From a virus (lineage: Duplodnaviria > Heunggongvirae > Uroviricota > Caudoviricetes), in the IMG/VR virus record IMGVR_UViG_2877973648_000001, positions 1 to 20,998 of that record: 20,998 nucleotides of DNA; one strand, given 5' to 3'. The first letter of the stretch is position 1. Each line of letters starts with the position of its first letter. The notes below the pieces were generated by a model. That model saw nothing but the letters and a program-made list of their open reading frames with translations, was not told the origin of the DNA and searched no databases. Both the position numbers and the translations under genes were made by a program. Shown here piece by piece: positions 1 through 8,512 of the stretch.

Positions 1-174
1 ATGAATTGGATATACAAAATAATCTTTGAAATCATTGCTACGGCAATCTATATGTTCGTACTATTTCCATGTTGGATAGTACTGTGCATCTTTTTTATGT
101 TACTAACAGTATTAGCACTACCTTTGAAAATTCCAACCATAAATAAAATGGTTATCAAGTTTTTGGAACGATAA
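1..174 (+). CDS. small hydrophobic membrane peptide (57 aa); may be 5'-truncated by the window edge
   Basis: ATG at 1 to TAA at 172-174, read directly. Translation MNWIYKIIFEIIATAIYMFVLFPCWIVLCIFFMLLTVLALPLKIPTINKMVIKFLER is almost entirely hydrophobic (1-2 predicted TM helices). Below the 60-aa cutoff of the ORF track. Confidence 0.3.
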   Translation: MNWIYKIIFEIIATAIYMFVLFPCWIVLCIFFMLLTVLALPLKIPTINKMVIKFLER

Positions 175-192
175 AAAATAACATGGTATAAT
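163..192 (+). promoter_or_regulatory. candidate sigma70 promoter with extended -10 (TTGGAA, 18-bp spacer, TGgTATAAT)
   Basis: TTGGAA at 163-168 and TGG-TATAAT at 184-192, read directly; positioned upstream of the small ORF at 313-465. Confidence 0.35.
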
Positions 193-312
193 CCATATTA
201 TGGTGATCACTACCTCAACGTGATAATTATAATTCTACATCAAAAAGTAATCCCCAACATGGGGATCTTTTTGCGTTGAGAAAAAATGGAAAATGTTAAA
301 CAAAGGAATGTT

Positions 313-465
313 ATGAAAGAAAAGAAAACTATTAGTGTTGGGGTGAGATTAAGTCCTACACAAGAAGAAATACTAAAATCACTTATAGTGTGTGGTAAGG
401 CTACAACGATGAGTTCAGCCATTCAGTATCTGATACAGCAATATGGGATTTTAGATAGTAAGTAA
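313..465 (+). CDS. small ribbon-helix-helix-like DNA-binding protein (50 aa)
   Basis: ATG at 313 preceded by AAAGGAA with 4-nt spacer; stop TAA 463-465. N-terminus KKTISVGVRLSPTQEEILKSL resembles the beta-strand/helix start of RHH (CopG/Arc/MobC-like) proteins. An alternative upstream ATG at 286 gives 59 aa. Confidence 0.4.
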   Translation: MKEKKTISVGVRLSPTQEEILKSLIVCGKATTMSSAIQYLIQQYGILDSK

Positions 466-538
466 GGGTTTGGTACTTTCACTTTAGAAAGGTACTAACA
501 GTACTTCAGGATGAAGTACTTAGTTTCAAGGATGAAAT

Positions 539-1039
539 ATGGAAAAGGAAAAAAGAAATGACCTAAAGGGTCAGGAATTACCACATGTAAAACAAGCACT
601 ACGAGTATGGAATAATTTTCACTCAAGAGTACGTAATAACATCAATTACAGTACTGTTACCATCTGCGATGACTGGTATCGGTTTAGTGATTTTTATTAT
701 TGGTATGTTGAAAATGTTGTTGATGGTTGGCATTTAGATAAAGACATATTAGGAGGTAATGAGTACAGCCCAAGTAACTGCATCTTTGTACCGAGAGAAG
801 TAAATCAATTGTTCCGTAAAGTACCAACATCATTATCAACCGGTGTTGTCGTTAATCATAAGGGCTATCAAGCACAAGCAACATTTGATAAGAAAGTACA
901 TAAGTTTGGGACATACCCAACGATAGAAGAAGCTCATGCTGCTTATGTTGTTGAGCGTAAATCATATATCTATAAAATATCGCAGCAGTATAAAGCATTT
1001 CCAAAACTTAGTGCGGTACTATTACAAAAATCAAAATAA
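539..1039 (+). CDS. HNH endonuclease with C-terminal AP2-like DNA-binding domain (phage homing-endonuclease-like)
   Basis: Track ORF 166 aa. Motif GWHLDKDILGGNEYSPSNCIFVPREVN matches the HNH_3-type pattern (H-x-D...N...N); VVNHKGYQAQATFDKKVHKFGTYPTIEEAHAAYV matches the AP2 domain pattern. Confidence 0.7.
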   Translation: MEKEKRNDLKGQELPHVKQALRVWNNFHSRVRNNINYSTVTICDDWYRFSDFYYWYVENVVDGWHLDKDILGGNEYSPSNCIFVPREVNQLFRKVPTSLSTGVVVNHKGYQAQATFDKKVHKFGTYPTIEEAHAAYVVERKSYIYKISQQYKAFPKLSAVLLQKSK

Positions 1040-1104
1040 CGAAATGGCCTGAGTACTGGAAATACTACAGGCCAATATTAACATCTATCATAGGGGTATT
1101 TATT

Positions 1105-1629
1105 ATGACAAAAAAGAAAGAGCCGCATGAAATAAAGAAACGTGGACGAAAACCAAAAAAACACGATAATGCAGAATTACAAGATCATCTAAGGGGAGTA
1201 CGCCATCTCAATCAACTTACAGATGAAGCACGTAGAGTAATATCAAACTCTGTTAAAAGTTACTTTGAAAAGAACAAGAAACGTAAGACTTTCTCAAACA
1301 AGAATATGCTACTTCTGGTTACATCGACTCGATACATCACAGATGAAGCGATAAAGAACAATATCGAGTACTTTGATGCCTTTACACTCAATGAGTACGG
1401 CGATTCCTCAGTACGAGATTATAAGATGGTCACGATTGCTATATGTGAAGGCCTGAATGCGATTCTAAGTAGTGGTAAGCCGGTAAGAAGTGATACACCA
1501 GAGGGAGCACAGTACTTAACTGGTGAAGAAGCATATCAACTACGTATGGCTTTAGATGGTGGCTGTACTAAGGCAGACCTACTAAAGGTTATAGCTACAA
1601 TTTATCCCGAATTAAGACATTCTAAGTAG
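1105..1629 (+). CDS. hypothetical protein with N-terminal AT-hook-like basic motif (KKRGRKPKK)
   Basis: Track ORF 174 aa, co-directional with the upstream HNH-AP2 gene; GRKP core flanked by lysines at residues 12-19. Confidence 0.55.
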   Translation: MTKKKEPHEIKKRGRKPKKHDNAELQDHLRGVRHLNQLTDEARRVISNSVKSYFEKNKKRKTFSNKNMLLLVTSTRYITDEAIKNNIEYFDAFTLNEYGDSSVRDYKMVTIAICEGLNAILSSGKPVRSDTPEGAQYLTGEEAYQLRMALDGGCTKADLLKVIATIYPELRHSK

Positions 1630-2301
1630 TGTTTTAATAACGGTTCAAATGTCGTAATTAAGGTTAAATGTGGTTTTTATGGGGTTGATTAGTGTTGCTT
1701 GCACTAGATATAGTATCTATATGAGTTAAAACACACTGTATATGGGTTGCCCAGAATTTCGACACCATAATTAGAAATTATTAAGACCTCTTGTACTACG
1801 TCCAAATCGGTCTTTGAGTGCCTACACTCCCTGCGGTCGTATAGTCACTGAAAAACAAATTAAACCGAACCTTGCGTTTTTTCTCGCTAGTACTCGAAAA
1901 GAACTAAGGGATTTACTCGCTTTCGCTCAGACAAGTAACAGTACTGACAAAAGAAGAACTCAAAGTGATTTGGTAAGTATTCGTGAGTAACTACGTGGTC
2001 GTAAACTCCCTTGTCGGGGCGTTCGGCTGTTAAAGCCTCACATAATTACTTTCTAAGTACTGGCAAAGTAATTGATCAAATTATTAGTGAGTTGCCCACG
2101 CAGTCCCAACCGCGAACCGTGGATCGACCGAACCCAGATTGTTGCATACGATTTACATAATCGTTCCTTGCAAGTAGATATATTAATTTGAACAACAGAA
2201 GCAGTCTTAGCTTTCTATCTAAGCTGTAAGGTTGCTTATCTGATACTTGAACAATTACAGGCATTTGGAGTACTATTAGCAATACATTCTGTTTAGAGAT
2301 A

Positions 2302-3180
2302 TTGATTCATATGTACAATTCAGGCAAGGAATATGAAGAACTAGTACGGGATATCCAGCGGTCACTTATTGCAGCTGAGAATATACCAAGCCTCAATAAT
2401 ATTAACATTGAGAAGAATAAAAAGATTAAAGATCGTTCAGGTATTGAAAGGGAATTTGATATCTATTGGGAATTTGAGTTAGGGGGTAATATCTATAGAT
2501 CAGTGATAGAGTGTAAAGATTATTCAACACCAGTATCTATTGAAAAAATTGATGCATATATTGGTAAAACTTCAGACATCCCAGGTCTTAAGCTAATTTA
2601 TGCTACACGGACAGGATATCAGAGTGGTGCAAAGATAAAAGCTGAACAGCACAATATACAGTTGCTTGTTATACGTGGTCAGCAAGAGTCCGATTGGATT
2701 ACTGAAGATGGTGAGCCATTGTTAAAAACAATTCATATGAATATAATTGCACGGACATTACCAGAAATTAAAAATTTTAATGTGCGTGTTGATGGTGCAT
2801 GGTTTAACTCTCAGAGCGACTATAAAGAAGATGATTTCCAAAATATATTTAAAGGAAAGATGAACAATGAGGTCTTCATCAATGATGTTCAAAACAATGT
2901 GAAATATACTATACATGATATACCAAACAGGATTTTCAGTTTGAGTAAAGAACTGAAATATGGCCCTGGTGAATATTTTGAAAAATTCAATGATGGTTGG
3001 CTCGAGGGTTTAGATAGTAAGGTGCGATTTAAAATTACAGAATACCATTGTGATTACGTTTATCGAGAACCTATAGCTAGTACATCCATTATAGATTTTT
3101 CAGAACAAATTAAAGCTATAGTCGAGGATTTTCAGTCGGGCAAGAAAAAATGGGTTATGAATGATGGTAGTGTTAAATAG
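2302..3180 (+). CDS. Mrr-like PD-(D/E)xK restriction-endonuclease-fold protein with an uncharacterised C-terminal domain
   Basis: Track ORF 292 aa (TTG at 2302; in-frame ATG at 2311). EFDIYWEF...VIECKDY...IDAYIGK...GLKLIYATRTGYQSGA follows the D / E-x-K core and downstream layout of Mrr_cat-type nucleases. Confidence 0.6.
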   Translation: MIHMYNSGKEYEELVRDIQRSLIAAENIPSLNNINIEKNKKIKDRSGIEREFDIYWEFELGGNIYRSVIECKDYSTPVSIEKIDAYIGKTSDIPGLKLIYATRTGYQSGAKIKAEQHNIQLLVIRGQQESDWITEDGEPLLKTIHMNIIARTLPEIKNFNVRVDGAWFNSQSDYKEDDFQNIFKGKMNNEVFINDVQNNVKYTIHDIPNRIFSLSKELKYGPGEYFEKFNDGWLEGLDSKVRFKITEYHCDYVYREPIASTSIIDFSEQIKAIVEDFQSGKKKWVMNDGSVK

Positions 3181-3279
3181 TGATGGGATAAGATACTTTT
3201 AATACATAACCATAAGAGAACCAAAAGATGAGTACTTTAATGAAGCCATTGTAAATACGTATATTGAAGTATTAATTAT

Positions 3280-3302
3280 AGCGGTGAAGATTGTCCACCG
3301 CT
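3280..3302. terminator. candidate bidirectional intrinsic terminator hairpin between convergent genes
   Basis: Perfect inverted repeat AGCGGTG (3280-3286) / CACCGCT (3296-3302) with 9-nt loop, A/T-rich flanks; lies between the 3' ends of 2302-3180 (+) and 3321-4013 (-). Confidence 0.4.
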
Positions 3303-3320
3303 TGTTGAACTATGTGAACT

Positions 3321-4013
3321 CTAATTAGAGAAATGGAAAAGATTATTCATGTCCTTTTTAAGTGTTTCATGCGTGTTAATTAAACCTTTAAAAGTGTCAA
3401 CTAATACTTTTCCATAGTTCATGTTGTAATGATATCGCTCAGATATATCATTTATATCAAAATTTATTGCTTCCTTTAAAGTGCTCAGAGCCATTTGATT
3501 GCTGAAAAAATAATTTTTAAAAATGGTTGCATCCTTTGGTGATACCTTCCAAAAAGTAAGCGATTGCAACTCATTTTTTAATGAAGTTAGCTTTATTTGT
3601 AGTTGATCGATAACTTCTTTTTCTGTCCTCACTAAGTAAGCGAAGTCTTTTGGCTCAAAATCAGGATCTGTATTGTTGAGACTGCGTACATTTTCATATG
3701 TTTTTAACATTTCTAACGAAAAAAGATCGCAATTAGTCCAGAACTTAGTAACTTGATTTAATGCATTTTCCTTTATTTTAGTTTGAAACCAATTTTTAGC
3801 GTTCCATGCTGCATATAGGGCTGCCCCTGCCATAATTAGATTGGCGATAGAACTAACCCAATCACTAATAGATCCCCATTCCAATTGGCTACCTCCATGA
3901 AAAAGTACTTTAACCAACACCAATATTGCTACACATAGAAGTACGATAACTGTGGATGCAAGTATTCTATTTGTTATTTTAATATTCACATGAAGTACTC
4001 GAAACTCAACCAA
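3321..4013 (-). CDS. membrane-anchored hypothetical protein (N-terminal TM helix, helical C-terminal domain)
   Basis: Track ORF 230 aa; hydrophobic segments ILASTVIVLLCVAILVLVKVLF and IANLIMAGAALYAAW near the N-terminus; no recognisable catalytic motif. Confidence 0.5.
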   Translation of the reverse strand: MVEFRVLHVNIKITNRILASTVIVLLCVAILVLVKVLFHGGSQLEWGSISDWVSSIANLIMAGAALYAAWNAKNWFQTKIKENALNQVTKFWTNCDLFSLEMLKTYENVRSLNNTDPDFEPKDFAYLVRTEKEVIDQLQIKLTSLKNELQSLTFWKVSPKDATIFKNYFFSNQMALSTLKEAINFDINDISERYHYNMNYGKVLVDTFKGLINTHETLKKDMNNLFHFSN

Positions 4014-4216
4014 TAATGATGGATGTTAACATTTGGGAAAGTGAATCGTAAATATTAATTTTCTGTACCCATCAGTGCTACTTAAATTTAACTTAAGGTT
4101 AGTTATAATTATGGTGTTGATAATGATCACAAATTATATGAAAAAATTGCTCTCTCTCCTGAGATCCCGATAACATAAGACATTACATATCAGCATCATA
4201 CAACAAAGGATTAGAA

Positions 4217-4945
4217 ATGAACCGGAAGCAATTCATCCAGTCGCACGGAGCTACTTGCAGTAACTGGACGTGGAGTTGGTCATTTGTTAACCATGAAAAG
4301 AAGATGGTCATCTTTGGGTCATGGGATGTTGAGAGTGAACAAGAGCGGTCAGTCATTCTTCGAGAGCGTTGGGAGTACAACTCAAACAACAAAAAACAAC
4401 TGGGATACACCCAGGCACTGGAACACGTCAGGTTAGTCCATGAAGGCTACGAACTTTACACCTTCAATATGGTTTTCGCAGAACACCCGGATAACCCTGA
4501 AATTGCAGTTATCAAGGATTTTGAGCGTAAATTAAACAAGCGATATCTGCGTAAAGAAGGCGTTGTTTGGTATGCAGACTTCTTACCTAATCCATTCCCT
4601 GATGAAATTCCTTCAGGAGAGAGTTTTGTTGAAGGTGCAAAGACTCAAGTAACAGTGAACTACTACGAACGCGATCCAAAGGCCAGACAAGCCTGCATCC
4701 AACATCACGGTACTACCTGTAAATGCTGTGGTTTCGATTTTGAGAAGGTCTATGGTACACATGGCCGTGGATTCATTCATGTACATCACATCAAGCCGCT
4801 TCATACGATTGGGGAAAACTATGTGGTCAACCCCGTAACAGATATGGTCCCATTATGTCCAAATTGCCATGCAATGGTACATCGTGGGAGCAAAGTACTT
4901 TCAATTGCAGACTTGAAAGAGAAAATGACCTTTTGGAGCGAGTAA
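4217..4945 (+). CDS. HNH nuclease-domain protein with an uncharacterised N-terminal domain (candidate type IV restriction / defence nuclease)
   Basis: Track ORF 242 aa; AAAGGA 7 nt upstream of ATG. C-terminal CKCCGFDF...GFIHVHHIKPLHTIGENYVVNPVTDMVPLCPNCHAMVH is a zinc-finger HNH motif (C-x2-C ... HH ... N ... C-x2-C-H). Confidence 0.7.
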   Translation: MNRKQFIQSHGATCSNWTWSWSFVNHEKKMVIFGSWDVESEQERSVILRERWEYNSNNKKQLGYTQALEHVRLVHEGYELYTFNMVFAEHPDNPEIAVIKDFERKLNKRYLRKEGVVWYADFLPNPFPDEIPSGESFVEGAKTQVTVNYYERDPKARQACIQHHGTTCKCCGFDFEKVYGTHGRGFIHVHHIKPLHTIGENYVVNPVTDMVPLCPNCHAMVHRGSKVLSIADLKEKMTFWSE

Positions 4946-5806
4946 ATGGATTTATCACAATTGAGTAACGTCGAATTGATGCAACTGAATCAGTTGACGC
5001 TTGATGAGTTAGAACGACGAGAGGTTATCAGAACCAGAAACAATCCTATCAGTGAGTACACTGAATGGCTGGTTGCGGATAAGATGCAAATGGTACTGGC
5101 TGCACCTAGTACTAAAGGGTATGACGCTACAACGATTGATGATCGAAAAATTCAGATTAAGTCTCGTAAGAATAATTTAAAAAACAAATCATTAATTCTT
5201 GGGATTATCAGAAATTATGATCTGAACCAATTCGATGAGCTCATTGCCGTAATATATAACCATGATTTCTCAATTCGTTATGCTGTATCCATACCACATG
5301 AATTAGTGAAGGAATATGGTTTTTATAATGAGCACCAGAATGGTTACACTTTAAGAATCAGCAATTTATTACTTAACGATCCACGTGTAACAGACATCAT
5401 TGAATTTATTGATCCAGACACTGAACGTTCAAAGGAAGAGATCACGGTGAAGCCAGATTCAAACACTATCCGGGATCTACAGACAATAGGAATGCAGACA
5501 TTTATTGAGTACTATCAGTATGTTGAAAGTGGTATGAACACAACTGATCTTGTTGAAAAGATGGTAACTGACCATCCAGAATGGAAGGAAAGTACTGCAA
5601 GAACAAAGGCATCTTCAATGCGAAGAGTATTCAAGAATGGCGACAACGTTGAAGCACTAAAAATCATCTATAAGTCGAATCACTCAGCAATAACGGATGA
5701 GATTAAGAGTAAACTTATGACGCTTTGTGAACCGCTCCGGTTTTCCTGGAGAGTATTTTGCCTGAGTGATCAGGCTGCCACATCCCGGTCATTCAGCGAA
5801 GCGTAA
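4946..5806 (+). CDS. hypothetical protein translationally coupled to the HNH gene; native C-terminus replaced by IS-derived codons
   Basis: ATG at 4946 directly follows the upstream TAA (TAAATG). The IS629-like end lies at 5728, so residues after ...KLMTL are read from IS sequence. The reconstructed native gene ends ...MTLWDK (263 aa) using 9306-9314. Possible PD-(D/E)xK-like motif GYDATTIDDRKIQIKSRK. Confidence 0.55.
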   Translation: MDLSQLSNVELMQLNQLTLDELERREVIRTRNNPISEYTEWLVADKMQMVLAAPSTKGYDATTIDDRKIQIKSRKNNLKNKSLILGIIRNYDLNQFDELIAVIYNHDFSIRYAVSIPHELVKEYGFYNEHQNGYTLRISNLLLNDPRVTDIIEFIDPDTERSKEEITVKPDSNTIRDLQTIGMQTFIEYYQYVESGMNTTDLVEKMVTDHPEWKESTARTKASSMRRVFKNGDNVEALKIIYKSNHSAITDEIKSKLMTLCEPLRFSWRVFCLSDQAATSRSFSEA

Positions 5807-6242
5807 TAGGCTTTTTCTGCCTCCACTGGCGGGATATATCCGGTCCGTTCCATCAATCGGTGATTATTGTACCAGTCCACCCATTTCAGCGTAGCCAGCT
5901 CAACATCCTGTCGGGTTTTCCAGCTTTGCCTGTGGATCACCTCCGCTTTGTACAACCCGTTGATACTTTCTGCCATCGCATTGTCATATGAGTCGCCCGT
6001 GCTGCCTGTTGAAGCCAGCAGCTCCGCGTCCTGCAGCCGTTGCGTGTACGCCAGTGACACATATTGCGAACCTTTGTCGCTGTGATGGATGGTACCGCTC
6101 GGGCGTCTGGCCCACAGCGCCTGCTCCAGTGCATCCAGCACGAACGACGTTTCCATCGTGGATGAGACCCGCCAGCCCACGATAACACCGGCGAACACAT
6201 CAATGATGAAGGCCACATATGCGAACCCCTGCCAGGTGCTGA
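5770..6242 (-). CDS. IS3-family transposase OrfB, C-terminal exon (downstream of the group II intron)
   Basis: Translation ...STWQGFAYVAFIIDVFAGVIVGWRV...DSYDNAMAESINGLYKAEVIH... is the DDE catalytic/C-terminal region of IS3-family OrfB; the track ORF 5770-6216 begins at an internal GTG. Confidence 0.75.
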
Positions 6243-8512
6243 GTAGAGTAAGAGGCAGGGCGTAGTCGGACTATTTCCCTGCCTCTCCTCCCCGAACCGG
6301 ACGTGCACCTTTCAGCGCATCCGGCTCTCCATTTAAATGCTGGCGAACGCCATTGCCACTTCTGTAAAGCGCGATGTATACGTGTTTCTGGTCTCCGTCC
6401 TCAGATAGGGATTACCTTCGGGTAGCCGCCAGCGGAACAGCTTCTTGCCTTGCCCCACCAACCGGTACAGTATTTCGCCGCTGAGCTTGCCGTGATTGGT
6501 TTTACCAAATAAAACCCACGTTTTGCTCTGACCCGGTTTCGGTGATTTACACCACCACCTCATCAGGGAAGCGATACCTGTACGGTATTTGCGGGCCAGC
6601 CAGTGAGCCAGCTTCCAGAACACGACACGGTCGATATAACTGAAGACTTTGGCCTTAAAATCAACGAACTGATAGAACATGGCCCAGCCTTTCAGTTTTC
6701 GGTTGAGTTGTTCAGCCATATCGACTTTGCTTTCACTGTAGTTGCCTGATAACAGTGCTGTCAGCGATGCGGCGAAGTTTCTGGCTTTCTCCTGCGGGAT
6801 CGTTGAGACCACTCGCATCTCGCCATAACGACTGCGTTTGCGAATGATCCTGTGCCCCAGAAAGATAAAGCCGTCATTAACATGGGTGATTTTAGTCTTA
6901 TCCATGTTCAGCCTGAGTTTCAGACTGCCTTCGAGCACACCCCGACACTCCTCCCTGATGGCTTCCGCCTGTGCTTTGGTGCCTTTGACGATGAGGACAA
7001 AATCATCGGCATAGCGGCAGTACGCCACCGCGGGTTTCCACTGCCAGTTTTCTCTGACCGCCGTACTTCGGCCCCGTTGGATACTGTTATTCCAGTACCA
7101 CCGATCTTTTCTGGCTTTCCCGCTCAGGTAGCGCTCATGCAGGTATTGATCGAACTCATTCAGCATGATGTTCGATAATAGCGGCGATATAACACCGCCC
7201 TGTGGCACACCTTCACTGGCCGCCCGAAAGAGACCGACATCGATATGTCCCGCCTTGATGGTTTTCCACAGCAGAGTCATGAAACGTGCGTCACTGATCC
7301 TGCGGCGTACAGCCTTCATCAGCAGTCGATGATGTACGGTGTCGAAGTAACTGGACAGGTCGCCTTCAATCACCCAGCGTCCCCGGGTTTCACCACAGTC
7401 TGTGAGCTGTAATTTCACCGTGCGGATCGCGTGGTGGACACTGCGCTCAGGCCGGAAGCCATATGAGAGCGTATGAAAATCACTCTCCCATATCGGCTCC
7501 ATCGCCATCAGCATGGCCCGCTGAACAATACGATCCCGCAACGCGGGGATACCCAGTGGTCGCAGTTTGCCGTTGCTTTTAGGGATGTAAACCCGTCTGG
7601 CGGGCAAGGGCTGGTAGTGGCCTGAGAGTAATTCATCCCTGAGGATTTGCAGCTCAACAGCCAGTCTGGCCTGTAGCATTGTTTTGTTCACGCCATCAAC
7701 GCCGGGGGTATGGGCCCCCTTTGATGAAAGCGTGATCCGCGCCGCTTCAGCCAGCCATTCTGGTTGTGTTATCAGACGCAGCAGCCGTTGAATCCGTAGG
7801 GACGGATCGGTGACTGCCCATGTGGCAAGCTTGCGTTGCATTTCGCTGATTATCAAAGGTCTTCACCTCGTTAGGTCAGTTAATTCACGTCGCAAACACA
7901 TTCAAACTGCTTCCCTTCGCCATGTAATGGGCTTTCCCCATCGCGGACTACTACGGAAGCTCCGCCAGCCAGCGCGTCATCGGAGCCATGCCCCCTTAAC
8001 ATCCGTCGCTGACCTTCCCCGGTTTACCTGCCTGGACTCAGGCATACTGAGGAGGCTGCCCGTCGCACTCTTTATCCTTGCTTGCCGCAAGTTGGCAGAA
8101 GTCAGCAACGCAAGCGTGATAGACGCTGCTGCCCCGGTGTTTCGCATACATGTCAAAACACCTTCGACCGGCAGTGCTTACGTATCACTGCCAGTTCCTC
8201 CTGCACGGCCTGTCAGATCACGTAGGCCGTGGTGACGTTTTCAACCCACAGAGGCGGATTAACGGGTTCATGTTCTTCAGCCTTTCAGTACTTAACCTTG
8301 AGGATCATCTCGGCTTAGTGATCTCGCCTCAATCCCCGTTGTCAGCGGGTTACATCACCCTGCGGGCATGCCGCAGGTCACTGCCGCTCAGGTTCTCCAC
8401 CGTCACACCCGGTGGGATTGTTGGGTTTCTCATCGTGAGTTACCGGTTCAATATTCCAGACAGACTCGCGGTTCATTTAAGCATCCATGCCCGCCCTGAA
8501 CTCCGGGCACAC
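6243..8512 (-). mobile_element. bacterial group II intron inserted in the IS629-like orfB
   Basis: Minus-strand 5' end GTGTGCCCGGAG (GUGYG consensus) starting at 8512; domain V GAGCCGGATGCGCTGAAAGGTGCACGTCCGGTTC at 6294-6327; domain-VI-like stem and 3' end ...CTAC at 6243. Joining the flanking exons gives a continuous OrfB (...ADFTY-V-STWQGF...). Confidence 0.8.
6333..7856 (-). CDS. group II intron-encoded reverse transcriptase/maturase
   Basis: Track ORF 507 aa with RT motifs (...RPLGIPALRDRIVQ..., ...YCRYADDFVLI...) and a maturase X region; ORF ends just upstream of domain V, as is typical for an ORF within domain IV. Confidence 0.85.
   Translation of the reverse strand: MIISEMQRKLATWAVTDPSLRIQRLLRLITQPEWLAEAARITLSSKGAHTPGVDGVNKTMLQARLAVELQILRDELLSGHYQPLPARRVYIPKSNGKLRPLGIPALRDRIVQRAMLMAMEPIWESDFHTLSYGFRPERSVHHAIRTVKLQLTDCGETRGRWVIEGDLSSYFDTVHHRLLMKAVRRRISDARFMTLLWKTIKAGHIDVGLFRAASEGVPQGGVISPLLSNIMLNEFDQYLHERYLSGKARKDRWYWNNSIQRGRSTAVRENWQWKPAVAYCRYADDFVLIVKGTKAQAEAIREECRGVLEGSLKLRLNMDKTKITHVNDGFIFLGHRIIRKRSRYGEMRVVSTIPQEKARNFAASLTALLSGNYSESKVDMAEQLNRKLKGWAMFYQFVDFKAKVFSYIDRVVFWKLAHWLARKYRTGIASLMRWWCKSPKPGQSKTWVLFGKTNHGKLSGEILYRLVGQGKKLFRWRLPEGNPYLRTETRNTYTSRFTEVAMAFASI

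Noticed and set aside
2085-2140. Possible tRNA or tRNA fragment (integration-site remnant) in the GC-rich island GTTGCCCACGCAGTCCCAACCGCGAACCGTGGATCGACCGAACCC
   Set aside because: I could not build a cloverleaf: no GGTTCGAnTCC-type T-arm with a matching stem and no acceptor-stem pairing on either strand. Left as part of the unexplained leader region.
6333-7856. Retron or diversity-generating retroelement reverse transcriptase
   Set aside because: The RT ORF sits inside an RNA with a canonical group II intron 5' end and domain V and contains a maturase region; there is no adjacent msr/msd-like inverted-repeat ncRNA and no template/variable repeat pair.
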